A stretch of DNA of 64,000 nucleotides from Podarcis pityusensis (taxonomy: Eukaryota), in assembly GCA_964106645.2 (NCBI GenBank), contig OZ067041.1. One strand, 5' to 3'. Both the position numbers and the translations under genes were made by a program. The notes beneath the pieces were generated by a model, which did no database searches, was not told where the DNA came from, and worked only from the letters and a program-made list of their open reading frames with translations. Shown piece after piece: positions 40,283 through 50,900 of the stretch (positions are counted from its first letter, which is position 1; the number at the start of each line of letters is the position of its first letter).

Positions 40283-40474
40283 CGCCACGGGGGGCGGGGC
40301 TTCGTCTGGGCCGCCGCCTCGCTCTGAATAAAGCGCTTTTCTCTCGAAGCGGAAGTGTCTCGTCTCGCAATGCCTGCTGGGGGCTGTAGTTGAGGGAGGG
40401 GCGGCGGCGGTGCGTGGCCGGCGCAAGCGCAGTCCGGCCGAGTCCGGGCAGCAGCAGCAGCAGCAGCAGCAGCG
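40283..40474 (+). promoter_or_regulatory. Compact housekeeping-type promoter of the FBXW7-like gene, overlapping the RRP8 3' end
   Basis: GC box GGGGCGGGGC (40291-40300), ETS CGGAAGTG (~40350-40357) and ZNF143/SBS-like GCCTGCTGGGGGCTGTAGTT (40372-40391), in a CpG island of ~39900-41320. Confidence 0.7.
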
Positions 40475-43400
40475 ATGTCGGGATCGACGGGCGGGCCGGG
40501 CCCCGGCGGCGGCGGCGGCGGGGGCAAGCTGGACATCAACCGGGCCTGCGTGGCGGAGCTGGAGCGGGCGCTGGTCGGCATCGGGCGCCGCCGGGCGAGG
40601 GGCATCGTGCGCAAGCGGGAGGTGAGGGACCCAGGCGTCCGAGGGGCCCGCTCCCTTCCCCGGGGGGGGGACTCCGCTCCGGGCGGGAGGGGCTTCTCCG
40701 GGGGCTCCTCTCCTCTCGGTGCGTGACGGACGGGGCGCCCTCTCCCCGCCAGGAGCTGAAGGGCTTCGCCTCCCTGGACGACCTGCTGCACGTCAAGGGG
40801 ATCACGGCGCGGATCCTGGAGCTGAACAGCCAGCGGATGACCTGCTCGCCGCCGCCGGAGCCCGCCCGAGCCGCCGCCTGCCGGGCGTCGTCCTCCTCGG
40901 CTCCGGCGCCCGAGGTGGGCTTGGCGGCGACCTTGGCCCGCGTCTCCGGGGCGGGCGGGGGGCGGGCGGAAGAAAGCCGGGCGGGGGGCGGGCGGCCGGG
41001 CCGAGGCTCGCTGAACCCCGCTGCCCGCTTCCCCGCGCAGGCTCCGGACGAAGAGGCGGGTCGGTCCCCGCCGCGTCCCGGGCCGCGGGAGAGCTGGGCA
41101 CCGGCCTGCTTGGCGGCCGAGGAGGAGCCGGGCAGCTCCTGCCCGCCGGGGGCGGCCGACTCCGAGGATGAGACGAGCGGCGGCGGCAGCAGCGATGGCG
41201 AGGAGGGCGGCGGCGGCGGCGGCGACGTCTACTTCTACTACACGGTGGACGAGCGCTGGATCGACTACCTGGAGCGGACGGAGGGCGGCGGCCTGATCCG
41301 GCACACGCGGCCCAAGGTGAAGAAGGGGCTGCGGGGGGAGAGGACGGGAAGAGGGAGACCCCCGGCAGAGCAGGAGGCTGCCCGGGATGGGCCAGATCCA
41401 GCAGACGCTTCTCCTTCGGAAGCTGCCTGGGGAAAGGAGCCCAGAGAAAGGGACGGGGCTCTGGGGCGCAGCAGCTGAGAGGGGCTGGGCAAGTTTTCGG
41501 TTTGGCCTTCTCTTTGGCCCAGGGAGGCTGGCAGGAGAAGAGGGTGATGCTGGCCAGGACCTTCAGGTTCTTCCTGGAAATGTCTGTGGCATCAAAAGCT
41601 TGTGCTGAGCGTTTCTCAGGGGTGCAGCCAAGGGACTGGGCTGACCAAAACAAGTGGGTGGGACCACTTGAATTTAATGCCTTGTTCATGATATCTTTTC
41701 TTTTCCTCGCTGGAGGAATTTTTGAAGTTGGAGCACATTTTTCCTGTGCAGATTTGAAATCTGCAATTCATGGAGGAGGGGCTGTTGGGGGCAACTAGCC
41801 ACCATGGCTAAGCATGCTCTGCCCTTCAATGTAGGAGGCAGCGATGCCTCTGAAAACCAGGTGCTGGAAGCCACAGGTGACCAGAGGTGGGGGGAGTGTT
41901 GTTCTTGGACACAGATTGTGCCTGTGGGTTTCCATAATGGGCATCTGGTTGGTCACTGTGGGGACAGAGGGCTGGACTGGATGGGCCTTCTGATCAGCAA
42001 GCCCAAGAGGGTCAGTGTGGTTTAGACCACACTCCCATTCACATCCCTTTTTGAATCTGCACAATGGGGTGAGCTCCTGTTGCTTTGTCCCAGATTCTGC
42101 CAACCTAGCAGTTTGAGAGCGTGCCAGTGCAAGTACATAAATTGGTACTTCTGTGACAGGAAGGTAAATGGCATTTCTGTGCGCTCTGATTTCCGTCACT
42201 GTGTTCAGTTGCGCCAGAAGCGGTTTAGTCCTGCTGGCCACATGACCTGGAAAAACTGTCTGCGGACAAACACCGGCTCCCTCAGGGTGAAGCGAGATGA
42301 GCACAGCACCCCATCGTCACCTTTGACTGCACTTAACCTGGGGTCCTTTACCTTTACTTGATGGGCCGTTGGCCTCATCCCGCAGGCTCTTGTGATTCTC
42401 GGGTGTGTTCTGGCCATCAAGGCTCCAAGGATGAAAGTCAAAAGCCGTCAGGTGGGGAGAGGGCTGCATCTTTATTCCCCACCTCCTGCCCTTACGAGGT
42501 TGTTGTCCCAAAGCACAGTTTGTAGATCTGTGTTCTGAGAGAAAGTGTTGAACCTTCCAGTCTTTTGGGGAGGCAGGAGGCATGGGGGCCCTGGCATGGC
42601 TGCTGTGCGGTGGAGGCAGCAAGAAGGGCGCCCCACTTGACCTGATGTGGCGCTGCGTGCATTGCATAGCCTTTCTTCTTGCGGAGCCGAAGGGTTTCCT
42701 GGATCCGTGTCACTCCATTCCGCCCCATCTCTTTGCATTGCAGATGAAGCGCAAGTCAGAGAGCGGCCCGGATGGCAGAGCCCAGTCACCTGGCAAGAAG
42801 CTGTGCAAAGGCTCCGAGAGGGGCAGGTGAGGAGGTTGCGGGTGGCGCTTGGGAGCTCCTGCAAGGTGCCGGGGGAGACGGGGTCTGTCTCCAGCCGGAC
42901 TCTTGACTTGGGCCCCTGGCCGTGGCATTCTCCTGACATACTTGCTTCCTCTCCAGAGTGTTGGGCCCCTGTGTCGCTAGCCCCACGGCCACCTTTGGGG
43001 ATTTGCGGAACGCCAAGGCAGGCCAGGCGCGCTGCCGGCATGTCCCCCCAATGACACCACCCCCTGAGCTGCAGGACTGGCTGCGCACTTTCCAGGTGAG
43101 CGGCAGGCAGAGGCGCCTGTGTCTGTGTGAGATGCATGAGGCCCTCGGCTGGAGCCAGAGCAGGGCTGCGCTTTCTGGCTGGCTTGCAGCTGACCTTCCG
43201 ACATTCGGCAAAGGCCTTTTTCCACGAGCCGGGCATTTGGCAGATGTTGTGCTGTGGTGTGTTTCTCATTTCCTATTTTGTTTTAGGGGTTTGATCTTAA
43301 AAGTGAGCTGATGCATTGTGGTGTTTCAACATTTAGAAAGCGACAAAGCTTTTGCTTTGATTGCTTTTATGGGCTGCTTTGTGGCCTTGGTTCTGGCGCA

Positions 43401-46400
43401 GAGACGGGCTGCAATCCTGGGTGTTGCGCTTGATCTCCCCTTACTCCTTTCTCCCGCCAGCGCTGGAGCGGCCCAGAGAAGCTGCTGGCTCTGGATGAGC
43501 TCATTGACCGCTGTGAGCCTCCCCAGATCAAGCACATGATGCAAGTGATTGAGCCCCAATTCCAGCGCGATTTCATATCACTGCTGCCCAAAGAGGTGAG
43601 TGTCTCGTGGGTGGGGGACCTCGGAGGAAGAATGCAGGGCAGCCGAGAGAGGACAGTGGGGAGTTGTTGGCCGAAGGTGTTGGTGGAAGAATGAGCCTGC
43701 AGGGTGTTGTTAGAAAGCCTTGAGCAACAGGTCAGGAGATCAGAATCTGAGCCACAGTCAAGAGGGGACACGATAGGTAGTTGTAAAAGAAGTGAAGAAG
43801 TGTGCATGCACACAAAAGCTTATACCAGAACAAACTTAGTTGGTCTATAAGGCAGTATTGGACAATTATTATTTTTATTATTTCGACTGCGTCAGACCAA
43901 CACGGCTACCTATCTGCGTCTGAAACAAATAAGAGTCAGAACTATTCATACCAGCTACACATTTTTAAAGTGTGCATGAAAACTCACAGAAACACTAGGA
44001 TGAAGTAACAGAGAGAAACTGGAAGAAGAGAACTTTATCTGAAGTGCAAATGTGGCACCAGCAGGAAAATTGAGTAGAGCCGGTTGCTTTAGCAGGAGAT
44101 GAGACACATCAGAGAAGGAGCTATTTGATTTGATTACAAGGCCTTGGAAAACTTTTAACGGCAAGAATCAAAGTTATTGGAGAACCTGAAGGCCTGGTGA
44201 GAAGCTAAGAGCCAGAGTTCAGTTCCTGCCAAAGAGGAGAAAAAGGAATGAGACAGGCAAGGGAAGGAGCAGCAGCAGAGGGCGTTGCAAGAGGGAGGAA
44301 GAACGAATCAGCCCCAGAGAGGGAGGGTAGGAGAGCTTGGCCAAGAGCAAGAGGCGGGTGTCCCAGGCCTTGTCTCTCCAAGGCAGCTGCTCATTGTGCA
44401 GCAGAAAGTGATGGAGAAGAGGAAAAAGTGGGTGTGTGGTAATTGGGCAGGGAAATCAGGCCTCTGGGATCCAAAAGATTTCTGGGTGCTAAGGCAAAAG
44501 TTGGGCTTTATGCTCAAATTAGGCTTTAAAATGTAAACAGATGCAAAGTACAAAATCTTGGTTTTTTGAAAGTGATTGTTAAATGGTTTTAAATGGTGTT
44601 GTCATAAGTGGCAGATGGGCAGAACACTTTCAGTCAAAAGCTCCTTTTTCTTAATTTTTAAATATACAAACATTAAGGGGAGGCTGTCAAAGATGTCAAG
44701 GGAGGGAAGAGAAGCGGTCAATGGATTTAGCTCGCTTGAACGTCCGCGTACGTGAGCTAATGTAGCGCACGCTCTCTCCTTGCCTCTCCAGGCCAAAGCA
44801 GAACTTCCCTTGTGAGGTGCAGGCTACCATTTTTAGAACAAAAGTGGTGTCATAGGGAGTCCTCTGTAACACATCCAAAGAAAGCCAAATCAGACGGGAG
44901 TGGCAAGGAGGACAATAAGAAATGGCAGGAGGATGCTTGGAGGGCAAGAGATTGGCCCAGATGGACAGGACAGGGAGCTCAGCCGCAGACTCTGCTGGAT
45001 TGGAAAGGCAGGAGAGGCCTTGTGGGCTGTGAAGCAGTTTGGGATTGCGTGGCCACAGTGGCCCTGACAGCTGCTGTGTGGGAGGAGGGCGTGGACCACG
45101 GGCTTTCCAAAAGGCCTTTGCCCAAGGCCTGGCTCTGATCCAGCTCTCTTCTTGGAGGAGCATTGGAGGGCTGGTGAGGGTAAAAGGATGGCAGCAGCCA
45201 CTCACCCACTTTCCCAGCTGTGCGGGACCTGTTGGTGTCAGGTCATCTAGATGGCAAAGTCTCCACATTGCTTTGGTGGACGTGAGAAGCTGCCCAGCCC
45301 AGCCCCGTGCTCTCCATGCCTGGCTTGCCATTTGCACCCAGGGAGGCCTTTCACGGGAGGAAATCGTGTCCCTTTTGCAGTTGGCGCTCTATGTGCTCTC
45401 GTTCCTGGAGCCGCGGGACCTGCTCCGGGCGGCGCAGACCTGTCGCTACTGGCGGATTTTGGCCGAGGACAACCTGTTGTGGCGGGAGAAGTGCCGCGAT
45501 GCAGGTGAGGCTCAGCTCCTGCCCGGTGTTGCTTCCCGGCTGCCCTTGGGCCTCCTCCCTGTCACAGCCGCTTCTCCCTCCTGCAGGTATTGAGGAGCCC
45601 CTGAGTCTGCGCAAGCGCCGGCTGCTCAGCCCAGGCTTCATGTACAGCCCCTGGAAACTGGCCTTCCTGCGGCAGCACCAAATCGACATGAACTGGCGCG
45701 GTGGGGATGCCCGCCCCCCCAAGGTAGGGGACCTCTCTTGACCCCCACCATTGGGGTGACGTGGTGCAGGGTTTACACACCTCGCCATGGCCTAAGACGC
45801 TACTCTGGGATCTCCGGGGTGGCTGCACGATGGGGACCAAAGAGCAGGCTCTGGAGGAAGAGCAACCCAATGCCTGGGTGCCCAGCTGGGTCCCAGTCCC
45901 TGTCCTATACCAGGCAGGGGCCAGGGCTCAGTGGTGGGCTGGGACAGACATGTGCCCCATACTCTTGAGAGCTGCTGCTGCTGCTGCTGCTGAGCTAGGT
46001 GGACCAGGCAAGCACCTTTGACTTCTGGCAAAGAAGATCCAGAAGGTAGAATTATTCTGGCTATTCACAAATGCGGGATGGGGGGGGGGGGGAGAGACTT
46101 GGTTGCTCCTTGAATTGGGGCTGTCACTGTGGCTGAACCTCCAGCCCTTGCAGAATTTGAAGTCCGCCTGCTTGATGCCAGCTCCTGACCGCTGGGCCTG
46201 GTCTCAAGCCTTGGAGAACTCAAGGCCACTGGGCTTGGGGAGGAAGCTGCCCCTTCCTTCAACCGCAGAAAGGGGGTGCAGGGTGATGCCGGCTGGCCTG
46301 CTAATTCTCTCCCTGGACCAGGTTCTGAAGGGCCACGATGACCATGTCATCACCTGCCTCCAGTTTTGCGGCAACCGCATTGTGAGCGGCTCAGATGACA

Positions 46401-47771
46401 ACACGCTCAAGGTGTGGTCGGCTGTCACCGGGGAGGTGAGTCTGGGAAATGGTGCTGTGGGCGGGGGTGGCTGTGGCTCCGCCTTCCTGGCTCTGAGCAT
46501 CTTCCTCCTCCTCCCGCAGTGCGTTCAGACCCTGGTGGGGCACACGGGGGGTGTCTGGTCTTCCCAGATGAGGGACAACATCGTCATCAGCGGCTCAACA
46601 GACCGCACCCTCAAGGTGTGGAACGCGGACACGGGCGAGTGCGTGCACACCCTCTACGGGCACACCTCCACCGTGCGCTGCATGCACCTCCACGGCAGCA
46701 GGTAGGTTGGGGGGGGGAGTCGCTCCAGGGACCCCTCCTGCCCCTCCTGCCTGGGACTCAAGCTGCTTGTCTCTCCTCCCTTGGCAGGGTGGTGAGTGGG
46801 TCCCGGGACGCCACCCTCCGCCTCTGGGACATCGAGACAGGACAGTGCCTGCACGTGCTGATGGGCCACGTGGCCGCCGTCCGCTGCGTCCAGTACGACG
46901 GGCACAAGGTGGTGAGTGGCGCCTACGACTACACGGTCAAGGTCTGGGACCCCGAGACAGAGAGCTGCATCCACACCTTGCAAGGCCACACCAATCGCGT
47001 CTACTCCCTGCAGGTGAGGGACCCCGACCCCTTCCCTCCCCACCCCCCGAGTCGCACAGCCCCTCACTCCTCCCACCCCTCTCTTGCGCAGTTTGATGGG
47101 ACCCACATTGTGAGCGGCTCCCTGGACACCTCGATCCGCGTGTGGGACGCCGAGAGCGGCAACTGCCTGCACACCTTGATGGGGCACCAGTCCCTGACCA
47201 GCGGGATGGAGCTGCGCGACAACATCCTGGTCTCTGGCAACGCCGACTCCACGGTCAAGATCTGGGACATCAAGACGGGCCAGTGCCTGCAGACCTTGCA
47301 AGGTGGGTGCTGCGGGCAGCTGGCTGGGCTGCAGGGACCTGAAACTCCCCATTGGCCCTCACCAAGTCCTGGGGGGAGGCTTTTCTCCCTCTGGGCAGAG
47401 GCCTGCCACCAGGGGCGTCCTCCAGGAAGAGGCGGCTGGGCACTTGTGGCTGGGCACAGCAGCTGATGGCTGCTTCTCACCTTCTTTGCCCCCCTTCTGC
47501 AGGTCCCAGCAAGCACCAGAGTGCCGTCACCTGCCTCCAGTTCAGCTCCAAGTTTGTGGTGACCAGCTCAGACGACGGCACCGTCAAGCTGTGGGACCTC
47601 AAGACGGGCGAGTTTGTGCGCAACCTGGTGGCGCTGGAGAGTGGCGGCAGCGGGGGGGTGGTCTGGCGCATCCGGGCCTCCAACACAAAGCTGGTGTGTG
47701 CCGTGGGGAGCCGCAACGGAACCGAGGAGACCAAGCTGCTTGTTTTGGATTTTGACGTGGACCTGAAATGA
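40475..47771 (+). CDS. FBXW7-like F-box/WD40 protein (FBXW7 paralogue) with an N-terminal ComEA-like helix-hairpin-helix domain, 734 aa
   Basis: Exons 40475-40621, 40753-40914, 41041-41316, 42744-42826, 42957-43095, 43461-43595, 45381-45504, 45587-45723, 46322-46435, 46520-46701, 46788-47013, 47092-47302, 47503-47771; 2205 nt, all GT-AG, in frame. MKRK entry exon, D-domain [16 protein letters not shown]-box [21 protein letters not shown]40 repeats and C-terminal [14 protein letters not shown]. The core (42744 onward) is near certain; joining of exons 1-3 is inferred from phase-0 junctions. Confidence 0.9.
43792..43916 (+). mobile_element. Penelope-like retroelement fragment
   Basis: GAAGAAGTGTGCATGCACACAAAAGCTTATACC...CTTAGTTGGTCT...CAGACCAACACGGCTACC resembles reptile Penelope-like terminal repeats (recognised from memory). 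Confidence 0.55.
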
Positions 47772-47938
47772 GGAGGAGGGCTGGACTGGCAGGGGGGGCC
47801 TGCGGGACGGGCATCCCCCCAGGCGCGAGTGAGTGGTTCCTGGCCGCGCACCTTATTTATAGCTCGGCTGCAGGGCCCTGGGCGGCTGGCAGAGCGGCAG
47901 AGCACCCAAGTCTGCTTTTTGTACACACTAATAATATA

Positions 47939-50900
47939 TCACTTTATTTCTGTACATGGCTTTCTCTGTGTCATGTGGGTTAAGCCCGGGAGGGGGGAGG
48001 GGGCTCTGGGGGAGGGGGCAGGGCGCTGCCTTTGCCCCGTGCTGCCGCCCCCCTCCCAGCGCAGGAGGCTGACGGCGTGGACACGCTGCTGGAGGCACAG
48101 CTCAGGGCCCATCTTGGAAGGCAGGCTCAGGTGCAGGATGACGCGCTGGCTGCCCAGCGCCACGGGGACCTCGGGGACCCCCAGGTAGACGGGGCACAGG
48201 TACTTGTTGGCCGGGAGCTTGGGGGGGGTGCCAGCGGAGGCCATGTCCCAGGTCAGGCGGGCGGCCTGGATCCAGATGGTGGGCAGCGGGCAGGGCTCGG
48301 CCGTGCGACTCTCCTGCAGCAGCCCACTGTGGGCCTTCCAGAAGGCGTGGCGCAGCTCCAGCCCGCTCAGATAGATGCCTTTCTCGGGGGCGCTGGTGGG
48401 GGGTGGCCCACTGGGAAGGACCTGGCAAAGGAAGGCAAGAGGGAGGGGGAAAGGGGGTGCTCAGGGACCGGGGCTGCGGGGCCTGCCCCTGTGCCCACCC
48501 CCATGCCCGCCCGCCCTCTCCTCCCTACCTGTTGGTGCAGCTGGTAGCGGTGCAGCTCCTGCCTCTCCACGCGAGCCCTCTCTTGCAGCACGGCCAGGAG
48601 GAGGCGGCGGGGCTGGTGGAAGGCGGCCAGCTGGTAGTGGGCCACCAGTGGCCCGCTGATGGAGCCCAGGTAGCTGCACAGGAGCTGGGTCCGCTGCTTG
48701 AGCGTCTGCAGCCAGGCCGGGGGAGCCTGGGGGCCGGTGAGGGCGTAGGGCAGCCAGGGGCTGGGCAGGCAGCCCTGCTTCAGGTGGTAGAGGATGGTGC
48801 TGCAGCGGCGGGAGGAGCAGGGCTCCCCCTGCAGGCGCTCCTGGGCGCAGCTCAGGTCGCGGCCCACCTGCTTCAGCAGGGCCAGGAGGATGCCCGCCTC
48901 CTCCAGCAGGAAGCGCTGCAGGGGGCGCGGCCGGGGGCGGGCCTGCCCTTGCGGGGGGCACCCCTTCCAGCCCACCTCCCAGCCGCACTCGCTCAGCTGC
49001 TCCTGCAGCTCCTGCACCAGCCGGGTCCCGTCCCGCAGCAGCTGCTCCAGGGCGCCTGTCTGCGGGCGGCAGGGGGCCCGGCGGGGCTGCCACAGGCCCT
49101 GGGAGGCCTGCAAGGCCACCAGCAAGGCCTGGCTCCGCTCCGCCAGCATCCGCTGCTGCAGCGCGCTGCACAGGCCCACCCCGGCAGGCTCCATGGGGCT
49201 GGGCAGTTGCTCGATGCCGGCCTGGGTGGCGGCCGCCGCCTCCTCATCCGTGTTCCCTACAGGGGGCAAGGAAAGGGAGGGGGATCAGCAGAGCACCCAG
49301 CGCCCCCACCGGCAGGCTCTTCCCTGCCCTCTTCAAAGGCATTAGCCAATTCACGAAGAGCCCCGCAATGGCCACCCACTGCCGCCACAGCTGGAGGAAG
49401 CAAGGCTTCCAAATACCCCTTGCCGGAAACCGCAGGCGGGGAGGGTGTTGCTCCTGTGCTTGAGTCCCGCTTGCGGGTTTCCCGCAGTGAGAACAGGATG
49501 CTGGGCCTGACCCAGACGGCTCTCCTGATCTTCTCTCACCTGGGTTGGGGCAGCCGACGACTGTGGCCACGAGCTGCTGGAGGCTGGAGGCTGGCTGCAG
49601 GGGGGAGGCGGGAGCCAAGCAGGCCTGGCACAGGCTCTGCACCACTTGGGCGTCACCGCTGTCCAGGATGTGGCCCCCATAGAGCATGGTCCCTGCAGAG
49701 GCAGAAGAGCCAGCCGTTTTTCGGAGGGGGCCTTCAAGGCCTTGGCTCTTGCAGGCTTCCCCTTGAACCCCTCACTCAGCCCTCTTTCCGTACCGGCCAG
49801 CTCCTGCAGGGCTTCCTGGGCTCCGTCTGTTAGGCAGCTCAGCCTCTCCTGGATCCTGAGCCCGGCCAACACTTCCCCGTGGCTCCTGCAAGGGCAGCAC
49901 AATCTCAGGCACAGGGCAGAGTCAGAGCAAAAACCGCACTCCTGGCTTGCCAGAGTGAGGACCGCCTTGGCCCGGGGGGGGGGGGGGGCGCCTGCTCCCA
50001 ACTTTCTTATGGGTCTCAGCAGCTGAGAGGAAGAGCCCTTGGACAGTGGAACAGAAGACCTTGGCAGGGGACGGGCCTTTCCTTCACTGAAGGATTTTAA
50101 GCAGGAGTCTTTAGCTGTGATTCCCGCATTGCAGGAGCTTGGACTAAAGGACCCTTGGGGTGCCCCTACAATTCTGGTTCTATGAAAGATTCTTGGGTAA
50201 ACTTCATTTTGGGATCAGTGGGAAACAGGTTAAGAAACAGGAAGTGAGTATAAATAGGTGGTTCTCCCAGTTGTGGGATGTAGAAAGTATTCCAGTGTGG
50301 CAGCCATGAAAAAGGAAATTTGCATGTGAGGGATCAGTAGGAAAGGAACTGAGAATAAAACTGCCAGTATCATCATGCCGTTTCAGGAATCTGGTGTGTG
50401 CCCACATTTGAAGAACGATATACAGTTCTGGGCACCTCCTCTCCCCTCAAAAAGGTTATTGCAGAGTTGGAAAAGATTCAGGAGGGGCCCCCTGAGGGGG
50501 TGGAGCGACTCCCTTACAAGGAAAGGGGGCAGCATTTGGGACTTTTTAGTTCAAAAAGTGAGGGGCAACATGGCACACGGTAAGTGGAAAGGGGAAAACC
50601 TTCTCCCTCTCTCATAACCCTCAAACGCATAGATGTCCAATGAAGCTGAATGCCAGAAGGGCAGATGGAAGAAAGTTCTTCCTGCGGCACAGAGCCAGAC
50701 GATGGCCCTCACTCTCGCAGGAGACAATGGCGGCGGCCATCTCTAAAGAGGAGCCACAATGGCAATCCTCTTCCTCCACCATTGGGGCAGCTGCTGGAAA
50801 CCGCGCGAGGGGAAAGGGCTCTGGGGCTCCTGTTCTGCCTCTGGTTGGCCACGTGGGAACCGGAGGCTGGGCTGAATGGCCTGATCCAGGTGGCGGCTCC

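Noticed and set aside
40475-40830. Bacterial comEA by contamination or recent horizontal transfer
   Set aside because: The domain is interrupted by a GT-AG intron, sits in a vertebrate CpG-island promoter and is contiguous with RRP8.
40475-41316. A separate EEPD1 gene
   Set aside because: Only one tandem HhH unit is present and no EEP nuclease domain follows; the next in-phase exon is the FBXW7-type MKRK exon.
42744-47771. Naming the gene FBXW7, or calling it a pseudogene/retrocopy
   Set aside because: Its neighbours are those of the DCHS1 paralogon and it is diverged from the highly conserved FBXW7. All introns are present, with no stops or frameshifts. Symbol left blank.
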